DNA from: an uncultured Chloroflexia bacterium
GTDB lineage: Bacteria; Chloroflexota; Limnocylindria; Limnocylindrales; CSP1-4
NCBI GenBank assembly: GCA_963796715.1
Contig: CAWCMN010000009.1
Span: forward strand, 262,546 to 326,545
DNA: 64,000 nucleotides
Reading direction: 5' to 3'
In this document: positions 1 through 9,299 of the stretch, in pieces
Numbering within the stretch: the first letter of the stretch is position 1
How the letters are laid out: every line of letters begins with the position of its first letter
Notes under the pieces: model-generated
Told to the model about the DNA's origin: nothing
Database searches by the model: none
The model's input: only the letters and a program-made list of their open reading frames with translations
Made by a program: the position numbers and the translations under genes

Positions 1-50
1 CTCTCGTATCCGCCTCCCGCGGTCGCCGCTGTGGCTTACGCTGCGCCGCG

Positions 51-817
51 ATGACCTCATCGGATCACGTCGCCCGCAACCGTGCCGCCTGGGACGCCCT
101 GGCCCCCCAGTACATCCCGGCCGCTGAGCGCAACTGGGCCGCCGACGAGATCACATGGGGCATCTGGGGCGTGGCGGAGAGCCAGCTGCACATCCTGCCC
201 GAGGACCTGCGCGGCCTTGACACCGTCGAGCTGGGCTGCGGCACGGCGTAGGTGTCCGCCTGGCTGGCGCGGCGCGGCGCGCGCCCGGTGGGCATCGACA
301 ACTCGCCCGCCCAGCTGGCCACGGCGCAGCGTCTGCAGGCGGAGCATGGCCTGGAGTTCCCGCTCCACCTCGGCGACGCCGAGGCCACGCCGTTCGCCGA
401 CGCGAGCTTCGACCTGGCCATCAGCGAGTACGGCGCGGCCATCTGGTGCGACCCGTACCGCTGGATCCCGGAGGCGGCGCGCATCCTGCGTCCCGGTGGC
501 GCCTGATCTTCCTGGGCAACTCGACGCTGATGATCCTCACCGCTCCCGACGACGAGAATGAACCGGCCGCGGAACGGCTCCTGCGTCCGCAGCGGGACAT
601 GCAGCGCTTCGAGTGGCCGGACGACCCGGGCGTCGAATTCCACATCAGCCCAGGCGCCTGGATCCGCCTGCTGCGCGCCAACGGCTTCGAGGTGGAGGAC
701 CTCATCGAGGTCTACCCGCCTGACGGGTCGACGACGCGCTACCCGTTCGTGTCCCTGGCGTGGGCCCAGGGCTGGCCCTGTGAGGAGGTCTGGAAGGCGC
801 GCAAGCGCGCCGGCTGA
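51..817 (+). pseudogene. Class I SAM-dependent methyltransferase (Methyltransf_11-like), disrupted by an in-frame TAG at 249-251 and a frameshift near 497-506
   Basis: Three consecutive ORF-track pieces (51-251, 252-506, 446-817) together spell a typical methyltransferase. They contain motif I ELGCGTA, then PVGIDNSPAQL, motif II FDLAISEY and the ILRPGG|RLIFLGNS junction. The TAG replaces a sense codon inside the GxGxG motif. Confidence 0.6.
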
Positions 818-842
818 ACGTCGCCTGGGCTGAGCGCCGACT

Positions 843-880
843 CGGCGGCGGCGATCACGGAGGCGGCGATCACGGAGGCG
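843..880. repeat. Tandem direct repeat GGCGGCGATCACGGAGGC, about 2 copies
   Basis: Read directly: ggcggcggcgatcacggaggcggcgatcacggaggcg. Confidence 0.5.
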
Positions 881-1041
881 CCATGGCGCACTCGTTGTCG
901 TCTAGCGCCCCGCAGACTCATATGCACCACGCGGGGGCGTCGCGTTGTTGCTGCAGTCCGGACCGTGTTCCCGGCATGCGGACGCGACAACGCCGAGTTG
1001 CCTCCGGGCGCATACCAGTCCCCCGGCGACTGGACCACAAC

Positions 1042-1095
1042 GCCAAAGCAGGTTCGGCTGCGGGGCGGTTCGGCTGCGGGGCGGTCGGCTGAAGG
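1042..1095. repeat. Tandem direct repeat GGTTCGGCTGCGGGGC, 2 copies plus a degenerate third
   Basis: Read directly: ggttcggctgcggggcggttcggctgcggggcggtcggctgaagggg. It lies upstream of the small membrane ORF. Confidence 0.5.
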
Positions 1096-1163
1096 GGACT
1101 CGGTTGTGGGCGCGTCGGCGGAAGGCCGACTCCGCAGCCGCGCGCTTTGCTAGACTCGCGCCC

Positions 1164-1604
1164 ATGCTGAACGCGGTCCGCGGCCTGTTCATCACCGTCC
1201 TGGTCGTGACGATGCTGGCCGGTCTGGTCGGCGCGTTCGTGCCCCAGATCCCCCCCGGATCGGCCGACGGCATCCCCTACGCCATCCTGGTGCCGACCGC
1301 GCTGGTCTCGGGCATCGTCATCGCCAGCCTGACCGTCCTCCTCATCTTCCGCTCGATCCTCACCTCCAGCCAGCGCCACACCAGCTGGGTGAAGAGCCTG
1401 ACCAGCCCCAACGGACGCATCTTCTTCTTCATCCTGTTGCTGCTCTGGACGGGCGGGATGTTCATGCTGCCGACCATCGCCCAGGCGTGGCAGCCGGCCC
1501 TCAACGGCGCCCCGTCCGCGGCAGAGGGCGGCCTGGCGCTGATCGGCCTGCTGGCTGGCGCATTCCTCTTCCTGGGCTTCATCTGGGCCGTCATCGGCGA
1601 GTAG
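1164..1604 (+). CDS. Hypothetical 4-TM membrane protein (146 aa)
   Basis: ATG at 1164 lies inside the longer ORF 945-1604. There are four hydrophobic helices (for example LFITVLVVTMLAGLVGAFV and IFFFILLLLWTGGMFML). No recognisable family. Confidence 0.45.
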   Translation: MLNAVRGLFITVLVVTMLAGLVGAFVPQIPPGSADGIPYAILVPTALVSGIVIASLTVLLIFRSILTSSQRHTSWVKSLTSPNGRIFFFILLLLWTGGMFMLPTIAQAWQPALNGAPSAAEGGLALIGLLAGAFLFLGFIWAVIGE

Positions 1605-1634
1605 CCGACTGCGCCTCAGATCAACGGGGCCGAC

Positions 1635-2516
1635 TCACGCGAACCGCACCACCGCCAGCGCGCCCGCGATGAGGCAATAGGCGGCGAACGGCAGCAGCGT
1701 CCGCGTCGTGAAGTAGCGGCTCAGGAAGCGCACCGACGCATACGCGGCCAGGGCGGCCGCGATGCTGCCGACGAGGATCTGGCCCTGCACCCCGTCGCCG
1801 TTAGGACCGATCAGGTCGGGCAGTTTGTAGGCCCCCGCGGCGAGGATGATCGGCGTGGCCAGCAGGAACGAGAAGCGGGCCGCATCCTCGTGATCGAGGC
1901 CCCGCACGAGCCCGGCGACCATCGTGATGCCCGAACGGCTGATGCCGGCGAAGAGGGCGAGGACCTGGGCGACCCCGATCAGGCCGGCTTCCCGGAACTC
2001 GAGCGTGTCCAGCCGTCGACTCCCGGCCGCCATGGCCCCGTGGGCCCGCGCCACGGTGCGCACGGCTGCCCGGCGACGCACGACCTCCCCGCCCAGGAGC
2101 ATGAGCCCGTTCACGAAGAGGAACCCGGCCGCCGCGAGGGGCACGGCGAACAGGACGCGCAGGAGATGCTCGAAGAGGACCCCGGCCAGGCCGGCCGGGA
2201 TCGTGGCCACGATGAGCAGCCAGCCCAGCCGGGCGTCCGTCGTGGCGATCCGCCTGGTTCGCAGGGAGTCGAGCACGCCGCGCACGATGCGTGCCCAGGT
2301 CGCCCGGTAGAAGACGACCAGCGCCAGGGCCGTCGCCACGTGGAGGCCGACGAGGAACGCCAGGAAGTACGACTCGGAGGCCGACTGGGCGGCCACCACA
2401 TCGGTCCAGCCGAGCAGCTGCGGCACGATGACCGAGTGGCCAAGGCTCGAGATCGGGAAGAGCTCGGTCACGCCCTGCAGCACGCCGAGCACGATCGCCT
2501 GCAGGTAGGTCAGCAC
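1635..2516 (-). CDS. uppP: Undecaprenyl-diphosphatase (UppP/BacA)
   Basis: 293 aa with the BacA signatures VTELFPISSLGH and ISRSGITM and a multi-TM profile. Confidence 0.9.
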   Translation of the reverse strand: MLTYLQAIVLGVLQGVTELFPISSLGHSVIVPQLLGWTDVVAAQSASESYFLAFLVGLHVATALALVVFYRATWARIVRGVLDSLRTRRIATTDARLGWLLIVATIPAGLAGVLFEHLLRVLFAVPLAAAGFLFVNGLMLLGGEVVRRRAAVRTVARAHGAMAAGSRRLDTLEFREAGLIGVAQVLALFAGISRSGITMVAGLVRGLDHEDAARFSFLLATPIILAAGAYKLPDLIGPNGDGVQGQILVGSIAAALAAYASVRFLSRYFTTRTLLPFAAYCLIAGALAVVRFA

Positions 2517-2520
2517 GGGG

Positions 2521-4266
2521 TCACGTCAGGGGCACGACGAAGAGCTCGGTCCCGTCCGCGACCTGGAAGACCAGGAAGGGATCTTGTGCCGAGGCGGGCA
2601 TGGTCACTTCGAACCACCCTTCGAGGGTGTCGTCAACGGGCAGCACCTCGCTGCGCAGCTCGGGCGTGCGCGAGCCGGCCGTGATGGTCGTCTTGCTCGA
2701 ATCGGCCGTGATGACGCTCCATGCCGCAGGCCCGACCGACCATGCCGCGCTCCTGCTCGCATAGCGCACCTCGATGGCGACCCGGGTCGTCGAGGCTGAC
2801 GTGGCCGGGTCGATCGTCAGCACGGTCACCGTGCCAAGGGTCGTGCTGCCGCTCGTCACGGGCGTCGCGGCTCCGACGTCCACGATCGGCGGCAGGTTCG
2901 ACGGCTCTCCACTCGGCACGACCGTGGCCTCCGCCGAACCGGTGGCCAGCGGACTCGGCGCCACGACGACGAGCGGGCGGTCGGTCGGTTGGGCCTGGCG
3001 GGGCGATCCAAGCGGGCCCACAAGCACGGTCGCCAGGCCCGCCACGACCCCGATCACCACCAGGCCCCCGATCAACGTCGGCAGCGGATCCGCCAGGCTC
3101 AGACCAGCGAGCGGGTCGCGATCGAACCGGCGGCGGACGAGCACTGCCGCAACCAGCGTGGTCATCGGTACGGCGGCGACGATGCCGACGCTGCCCACCA
3201 GGGCGCGCACGATCTCGACCGCCAGGGTCTCCCCGTTGAGGACCTGACCGGCCGGCAACTGGCTGACGACGAGGAGCACGAGCAGGGGCAGGCCCGCCCC
3301 GACGTAGGCCAGGAACAGCGTGTTCACGGTGGCCGCGATGTGGGCACGACCGACACGCAGGCCGCGGCCGTACAGCTGGCGGACGCTCGCCCCTCCGTCC
3401 GCCGACAACTCCTCGACGACGACTGCCTGGGTCATCGTGACGTCCTCGAGGATGCCCAGCGAGCCCAGGATGAACGCCGCCAGGAGGAGCCCGCTGAGGT
3501 CCAGGCCGGCGCCCCCGGCGGACGTCTGGATCTGCGCCAGGTCGGCTGCACCGACGGTGGTGAACTGGGCGAAGTGGGTCGCCGCAGCCCCCAACAGGCC
3601 GGTCAGGGCGAGCGCTGCTGCCGTGCCCAGGATGGCCGCGACACTGGCGACCGAGAAGCCCTCGGTCAGGAGGATCGTGAGCAACGTGACGGCCGTCGCG
3701 GCGACGACCGCCAGCGGCACCGGTGGGTAGCCCGCCACGATGAGGGGCAGGACGACCCGCACGATCACGGCGATCGTCAGGCCGAGCGCCAGCAGCGCGC
3801 GCGTGCCTCGCCAGCCGCCCACCAGCACGACGGCGACCGCGAACAGGAGCGTCAGCAAACCCAGCTGGGGCAATCGCCAGTGGTCCGTCACCGCGATGAA
3901 CGGGCCCGCCCCCGGCTGTGGCGTGTACGTCACCACGACCGCGTCGCCCGGGTGGAAGGACGTCAGGTCCTCGGTCCCGCCCGGTCCCTGGAGGTACGCC
4001 GGCACATCGTGGCCCGCGTCGGGGCCTTCGGACATGTGCACCGTGGCGTCCGGGGCGAATCCGCCATCGGGGAGCTGGGTCGGGTTGGCGACGACCGTCA
4101 CTAACGTCCCCTGGTAGGCCGTGACCGTCCCCTGGCCGGCAGGGATCCCTGACAGGTCCGGCAGCGCCAGGACGAGGGTGAGCAGGGCGATCACGAGGGC
4201 GGGAAGGAGGAACGGTCGAGGCTCCAGGCGGTCGATGAACCCCGCCAGGCGTTGGCTGAGGCTCAC
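2521..4266 (-). CDS. YibE/F family membrane protein with a C-terminal extracytoplasmic domain extension of about 200 aa
   Basis: 581 aa. The N-terminal 380 aa are multi-TM and paralogous to the downstream YibE/F (HWRLPQLG, YLGTALPLLVL-type segments). The C-terminus is a Pro/Thr/Ser-rich linker plus a beta-rich domain ending FVVPLT. There is a 5-nt gap to uppP downstream. Confidence 0.8.
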   Translation of the reverse strand: MSLSQRLAGFIDRLEPRPFLLPALVIALLTLVLALPDLSGIPAGQGTVTAYQGTLVTVVANPTQLPDGGFAPDATVHMSEGPDAGHDVPAYLQGPGGTEDLTSFHPGDAVVVTYTPQPGAGPFIAVTDHWRLPQLGLLTLLFAVAVVLVGGWRGTRALLALGLTIAVIVRVVLPLIVAGYPPVPLAVVAATAVTLLTILLTEGFSVASVAAILGTAAALALTGLLGAAATHFAQFTTVGAADLAQIQTSAGGAGLDLSGLLLAAFILGSLGILEDVTMTQAVVVEELSADGGASVRQLYGRGLRVGRAHIAATVNTLFLAYVGAGLPLLVLLVVSQLPAGQVLNGETLAVEIVRALVGSVGIVAAVPMTTLVAAVLVRRRFDRDPLAGLSLADPLPTLIGGLVVIGVVAGLATVLVGPLGSPRQAQPTDRPLVVVAPSPLATGSAEATVVPSGEPSNLPPIVDVGAATPVTSGSTTLGTVTVLTIDPATSASTTRVAIEVRYASRSAAWSVGPAAWSVITADSSKTTITAGSRTPELRSEVLPVDDTLEGWFEVTMPASAQDPFLVFQVADGTELFVVPLT

Positions 4267-4968
4267 GCGTCGAGTTTCCGCGGGTCTGCCCCTGCTAGGC
4301 TTGCGCCTGCCCTGGAGAGGAGGTCACGCACGCGCTCGCGCCGCGCCCCTGACTGGCGCCTGATCGGCCCATCGGTCGGCCTGCTCGTGGCGGTGGCTGT
4401 CCTGCTGGTCCTCTCCCAGCCGCATCGCAGCCCGGCCGCGGCTCCGGGACCGGCCGCCCAGCAAACGGATGCTGCCTTCGCGTCGTCGCCTCCGACCGGC
4501 GACTCGTTGGTGTCCGACACGACCGAGCCCCCGACCACCCTGCTCCCCCCGACCGCCACACCCGGGACAACCTCCGCGACCGTCCCGACGGCCTCGCCGG
4601 TGACGGCATCGCTCGGCGAAGCCGTACGGATCGTCGACGCGGGCAGCTCGCTGGGCACGGTCACGGTCGTGGAGATGGATCCGTTCACCACGGGCCAGAC
4701 CGAACGCGTGGAGATCCGGGTGCGGTACCTCGCGGGCGCGGGCAGCTGGCCGATCGACCCCGCGGCCTGGGGCGGCATGAGCGCCGACGGCAGCACGTTC
4801 ACCGGGTACGCCGGCGGACGCACCCCGGCTCTCCGCGCCACGACGCTCGCGGCCCACGGGTCCCTCGAAGCGTGGTTCGAGATGGACTTCCCGACCGCGG
4901 CGCAGGGCCCGCTGCTGACGTACGCCGCGACCGACGGCACGGTCCTGTTCACGGTGCCGCTTCCCTGA
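4252..4968 (+). CDS. Membrane-anchored secreted protein; standalone paralog of the C-terminal domain of the 2521-4266 product
   Basis: 238 aa with an N-terminal TM (LIGPSVGLLVAVAVLLVL), a Pro/Thr-rich linker and a domain about 45% identical to the fusion's C-terminus (GTVTV..DP..RV.I.VRY..W...PAAW..AD....RTP.LR...LE.WFE..P.AQ.P.L....DGT.LF.VPL). The start is uncertain because it overlaps the divergent gene start. Confidence 0.6.
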   Translation: MAEAHASSFRGSAPARLAPALERRSRTRSRRAPDWRLIGPSVGLLVAVAVLLVLSQPHRSPAAAPGPAAQQTDAAFASSPPTGDSLVSDTTEPPTTLLPPTATPGTTSATVPTASPVTASLGEAVRIVDAGSSLGTVTVVEMDPFTTGQTERVEIRVRYLAGAGSWPIDPAAWGGMSADGSTFTGYAGGRTPALRATTLAAHGSLEAWFEMDFPTAAQGPLLTYAATDGTVLFTVPLP

Positions 4969-6109
4969 GTGCCGGTGCGTGTCGCACCGGCTCATGCCAC
5001 CACGCGGCGATGGCCGTGGTGGCCGGGACGGCGGCCAGGATGCCGATGCTGCCGACCGCGGCCCGCACGATCTCCACGGCCACCAGCTCCTGGTTGACGC
5101 TCAGGCTGAACTGGGCGAGCTGGAGGGACAACAGCACCAGCAGGGGCAGGGCCGTCCCAAGGTAGGCGAACACGAGGGTGTTGACCGTGGCGGCGAGGTG
5201 GGCGACGCCGACATTCATCGCATGGCCGTACAGCTCGCGACGGCTGAGGCCGGGGTCGGCAAGGGCCAGCTCCTGGACCGTGGCGGCCTGCCCGATGGCG
5301 ACGTCGTTGAGCACACCCAGTGCGCCGAAGATGACCGCTGCCAGCAGCAGGCCCGAGAGGTCGATCTTGTCACCCACGATCTGCTGGAGGTAGATGACCG
5401 TCTCGGAGCCCTGGGCCGGCGTGAACTGGGCGAGGCCTGTGACCACCACGGCCAGGAGACCGGTGAGTCCCAGGCCGATCGACGTCCCCAGGATCGCCGC
5501 CAGCGTGGCGCGCGTGAAACCCTGGGTCAGCAGGAACGACACCGCGGTGATGAGGATGCCCAGGCTGATGGCCAGGCCGACCGGCTGCCAGCCCGACAGC
5601 AGCAGCGGGATCAGCACGCGGATCGCCAGCACCAGCGTCAAGGCCAACGACACGAGCGCCCGCAGGCCGCGCCAGCCGGCCACGGCGATCGTGACCAGCG
5701 CGAAGAGGCCGACGAGCCCGCCGATGAGGGGCAGGCGCCAGCGATCGACGACCGAGACCTGGGTCGTCCCGTCGGGCAGGTGATCGATGGCCACGAGCAC
5801 CTGGTCGCCGACGTGGTAGTCGGGGATCTGGAGGGCGCCGCTCGGACCCTCGATGGTGGCCGGCACCGTCTGGCCCGCCTGTGGGCCGTCGAGGAACTTG
5901 ACGGTGCCGGTCGGGCCCTGCGGCCCCGTGGGGGGCACGATCGTGACGATGACGCCGTGTGCCTGGTCGGAGATCAGCCCCACGCCGGCCGGCGGCGTCA
6001 GGTCGGGCAGGAGGACGACGAGGGCCGCCACGAGCAGCACCCCCAGGCCGAACGCGATGACGTGTCGATCGCTCGACGGCCGACCATCGGTCGGGGGTCG
6101 GGCAGCCAT
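4949..6109 (-). CDS. YibE/F family membrane protein
   Basis: ATG at 6109 is preceded by AAGGAGAGGAGG. The product is multi-TM and paralogous to the N-terminal half of 2521-4266 (VVDRWRLPLIGGL, VVTGLAQFT, AATVNTLVFAYLGTALPLLVL). Confidence 0.8.
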   Translation of the reverse strand: MAARPPTDGRPSSDRHVIAFGLGVLLVAALVVLLPDLTPPAGVGLISDQAHGVIVTIVPPTGPQGPTGTVKFLDGPQAGQTVPATIEGPSGALQIPDYHVGDQVLVAIDHLPDGTTQVSVVDRWRLPLIGGLVGLFALVTIAVAGWRGLRALVSLALTLVLAIRVLIPLLLSGWQPVGLAISLGILITAVSFLLTQGFTRATLAAILGTSIGLGLTGLLAVVVTGLAQFTPAQGSETVIYLQQIVGDKIDLSGLLLAAVIFGALGVLNDVAIGQAATVQELALADPGLSRRELYGHAMNVGVAHLAATVNTLVFAYLGTALPLLVLLSLQLAQFSLSVNQELVAVEIVRAAVGSIGILAAVPATTAIAAWWHEPVRHAPALREAAP

Positions 6110-6228
6110 CGAGCCTCCTCTCCTTGGGCCGCGAGAGGGTAGCAGACCGGCCTGCGCCTTGACCACCATATTGAGACTCGGTATCATCTGCGCTTCCCAA
6201 GCCAATTCAGGCTGCACGACTTGGATGG

Positions 6229-7158
6229 ATGAGGAGGAACCACGAGATGAGACGCAGTCTTGGCATGGTCCTGGTCATCGCCGCTCTCGCTGTGACTGCG
6301 GCCTCGTGCGGTGAGGGCACCTCTCCCTCGAGCAGCGGGGGGAGCGGCTCACAGCTGGCGGTCATGGGGACGGAGAACTTCTACGCCGACCTGTTGACGC
6401 AGATCGGGGGTTCGCACGTGCGGGCGACGAGCCTGCTCAACGACCCCAACGCCGACCCCCACGCCTTCGAGACGAGCCCGCAGGACGCGGCGCTGGTGGC
6501 CGACGCGCGGCTCGTGATCGTCAACGGCATCGGCTACGACGACTTCATGCAGCAGCTCCTGGGTGCGGCCCCCGATCCGACGCGGGTCGTGATCAACGTG
6601 CAGCAGCTCCTTGGCGTGGGCGATGATGTCAACGTGCACATCTGGTACGACCCGGGCACGATGCCCAAGGTGGCGCAGGCGGCCGCGGCGGCATTGGGCC
6701 AGCTCGACCCGGCCAACGCGGCCTACTACGATGCCAACGAGCAGGCCTACCTCGCTTCACTGAAGCCGCTGACCGACGAGATCGCCCTGCTCAAAAGCAA
6801 GTACGGCGGCGCGCCGGTCGCGTTCACGGAGCCCGTGGCCGGGTACCTGGCAACCGCCATCGGCCTCCAGGTACTGACCCCCGAGGCCTTCCAGAAGGCG
6901 ATCGAAGAGGGCACCGATCCCGCCCCGGCCGACGTCGCAGCCGAGCAGGACCTCCTGACCGGCAAGAAGGTCAAGGTGCTGCTCTACAACAGCCAGGTCA
7001 CCTCGCCGATCACCCAGCAGGTCCACGACCTCGCCGTCCAGAACGGCATCCCCGTCGTCGGCGTGGCGGAGACGATGCCGCCCGCCTACCAGCACTACGT
7101 GGAGTGGCAGCTGGCCCAGATGCAGGCCCTCCAGGCGGCCCTGGCACAGGGCAGCTGA
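6229..7158 (+). CDS. Metal ABC transporter substrate-binding lipoprotein (TroA/ZnuA cluster A-I family)
   Basis: Lipobox LAVTAASC, a TroA-like fold sequence and operon context with an ATPase and permease. No His-rich loop. Confidence 0.8.
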   Translation: MRRNHEMRRSLGMVLVIAALAVTAASCGEGTSPSSSGGSGSQLAVMGTENFYADLLTQIGGSHVRATSLLNDPNADPHAFETSPQDAALVADARLVIVNGIGYDDFMQQLLGAAPDPTRVVINVQQLLGVGDDVNVHIWYDPGTMPKVAQAAAAALGQLDPANAAYYDANEQAYLASLKPLTDEIALLKSKYGGAPVAFTEPVAGYLATAIGLQVLTPEAFQKAIEEGTDPAPADVAAEQDLLTGKKVKVLLYNSQVTSPITQQVHDLAVQNGIPVVGVAETMPPAYQHYVEWQLAQMQALQAALAQGS

Positions 7159-7162
7159 CGGG

Positions 7163-8011
7163 GTGCCGGACCCGGCCGTCCGCTTCAGTGGGGCGACGCT
7201 CGAGTATCACGGGCGCCGCATCTGGACGGACATGTCGCTGGCCTTCGAAGGCGCCTCCTTCGTGGCCATCCTGGGGCCGAACGGCTCGGGCAAGACGTCG
7301 CTGTTGCGCGTCATCCTGGGCCTCGCGCCGCTGATCGCCGGCCAGGTCCAGGTACTGGGCCATGCCCCGCGGCGTGGTGACCCCGGGATCGGGTACGTGC
7401 CCCAGCACCAGGCGTTCGATCCGGACCTGCCGCTGCGCGGTCGCGACCTCATCCAGCTAGGCCTCGACGGGCACCGGTGGGGCCTCGGACGATCCGGGGC
7501 CGCGTCGCGACGACGCGTCGAGACGACGATCGAAGCCGTGCAGGCCACGGCCTACGCCGATGCGCCGATCGGACGCCTCTCGGGTGGCGAGCAGCAGCGC
7601 CTGCGGATCGCCCAGGCCCTCGTGGGCGACCCCCGGCTGCTCCTATGCGACGAGCCGCTGGCCAGCCTGGACCTTCGCTACCAGCAGGGGATCACCGACC
7701 TGATCGGGGACTGGCAGCGCGGTGGTGACCGCACGGTCCTCTTCGTGACGCACGACGTGAACCCCGTGCTCGAGCTGGTGGACCAGGTCCTGTTCGTCGT
7801 CAACGGCCGTTGGGCGATGGGCACGCCCGACGAGGTCCTGACCTCGGACCGGATGACCGAGCTGTACGGGTCGCATGTGGACGTCCTGCGTGTCCACGGG
7901 CGGATCCTCGTGGTCGGGGAGTCCAGCGGCTCGGGGTTCGAGATGGAGGAGCCGCACCACCTGCCGGCCCTGCCCGACGACGATCGTCATCCGGAGCGGC
8001 CCACCTCGTGA
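7163..8011 (+). CDS. Metal ABC transporter ATP-binding protein
   Basis: Walker A GPNGSGKT, signature LSGGEQQR and Walker B LLLCDEP. Confidence 0.9.
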   Translation: MPDPAVRFSGATLEYHGRRIWTDMSLAFEGASFVAILGPNGSGKTSLLRVILGLAPLIAGQVQVLGHAPRRGDPGIGYVPQHQAFDPDLPLRGRDLIQLGLDGHRWGLGRSGAASRRRVETTIEAVQATAYADAPIGRLSGGEQQRLRIAQALVGDPRLLLCDEPLASLDLRYQQGITDLIGDWQRGGDRTVLFVTHDVNPVLELVDQVLFVVNGRWAMGTPDEVLTSDRMTELYGSHVDVLRVHGRILVVGESSGSGFEMEEPHHLPALPDDDRHPERPTS

Positions 8012-8859
8012 TCGACCAGCTCGTCCACCTGCTGGGCTACGAGTTCGCCCAGAATGCGCTCGCCGCCGGCCTCGTGGTGGGCATCGTCTCGGGCGTGGTC
8101 AGCCGATTCGTGGTGATGCGCAACATGGCCTTCGCGGTCCATGCCCTTTCCGAGCTGGGTTTCACCGGTTCGGCCGGGGCGATCCTCATCGGCGCGTCGC
8201 CCGTCCTGGGCCTGATGGCGGGCACGACGATCACTGCCCTGTTCATCGGCGCCCTTGGGGTGCGCGTGCGAGAGCGGGACTCCGTCGTCGGCATCGCCAT
8301 GGCCTTCGGCCTTGGCCTGGGCGTCCTCTTCCTGTCCCTCTACCCGCGCTTCGCGACGCAGGCCTTCGCGATCCTCTTCGGCTCCATCACCGGCGTGAGC
8401 CGGGGTGACGTGGCGCTCCTCATCGGCATCGGCGTGGTCACCCTCATCGCCCTCGCCGTCATGTACCGGCCCCTGACGTTCGCCACGGTCGACCCCGAGG
8501 TGGCCGAGGCCCGCGGCGTCCCGGTACGGGAGCTGGCCATCGCCTTCCTGCTCATCCTTGCCGCGGCAGTCGCGGAGGCGGTCCAGGTCGTGGGCGTCCT
8601 GCTGATCCTGACCCTGCTCATCACCCCGGGCGCCACCGCCGAGCGGCTTACGGTCAACCCAGCCCGGGCCACCATCTACAGCGTCGCGATCGCCCTCGTC
8701 TCGGTGGAGGGCGGCATCCTTCTGGCGCTGGCGACGAACCTGCCCGTCAGCGTCTACGTGACGAGCCTGAGCTTCGCCGGCTACCTCGCCGCGCGCTTCA
8801 TCGTCGGGCCCATGGCGGTCGGCCGTGCCAGCCGCGGACGTCTCGAGGGCGCATCATGA
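8008..8859 (+). CDS. Metal ABC transporter permease (ZnuB/TroC-like)
   Basis: GTG at 8008 overlaps the ATPase stop (GTGA). Roughly 8 TM helices, the usual length for this family. Confidence 0.85.
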   Translation: MIDQLVHLLGYEFAQNALAAGLVVGIVSGVVSRFVVMRNMAFAVHALSELGFTGSAGAILIGASPVLGLMAGTTITALFIGALGVRVRERDSVVGIAMAFGLGLGVLFLSLYPRFATQAFAILFGSITGVSRGDVALLIGIGVVTLIALAVMYRPLTFATVDPEVAEARGVPVRELAIAFLLILAAAVAEAVQVVGVLLILTLLITPGATAERLTVNPARATIYSVAIALVSVEGGILLALATNLPVSVYVTSLSFAGYLAARFIVGPMAVGRASRGRLEGAS

Positions 8860-9289
8860 GGCCGTGAAGACGGTCCTCGTGACGTGGCAGCCGGATGCCG
8901 ACCGATTCGAGGCGCAGGGCGGGCTGCATGGCCACCTCGTCCACATCAACGCGCCCCACGAAGGTCGCCCGGCGGGGTTCTCGGCGAGCGAGCTGCTGCT
9001 TGCCGCGGCCGGTGCGTGCTCGGCCTGGGATGTCGTGGAGATCCTGCGCAAGCAACGGCAGGACCTCACCGCGCTCGAGGTCAGCGTGGAGGGCGATCAG
9101 CTGGACAGCCCGCCGTTCCCCTTCACGCGGGTCGCCCTCGTCTTCCGGGCGAGCGGCCACGGCCTGGACCCGGTGAAGGTGCAACGTGCCGTGGCCATGA
9201 GCGAGGAGCGCTACTGCTCGGTGATCGCCACGATCCGCGGCGTGGCCCAGGTCACCTGCCGCTCCGAGGTCGCCGAAGCGGCGGCCTGA
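8825..9289 (+). CDS. OsmC/Ohr family protein
   Basis: ELLLAAAGACSAWDVVEIL and ERYCSVIATIRG are typical OsmC motifs. The start overlaps the permease 3' end, so the exact start is uncertain. Confidence 0.75.
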   Translation: MPAADVSRAHHEAVKTVLVTWQPDADRFEAQGGLHGHLVHINAPHEGRPAGFSASELLLAAAGACSAWDVVEILRKQRQDLTALEVSVEGDQLDSPPFPFTRVALVFRASGHGLDPVKVQRAVAMSEERYCSVIATIRGVAQVTCRSEVAEAAA

Positions 9290-9299
9290 GGCCGTCGCG

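Noticed and set aside
843-1100. CRISPR array
   Set aside because: Only 2-2.5 copies of 16-18-bp units, directly abutting, with no spacers.
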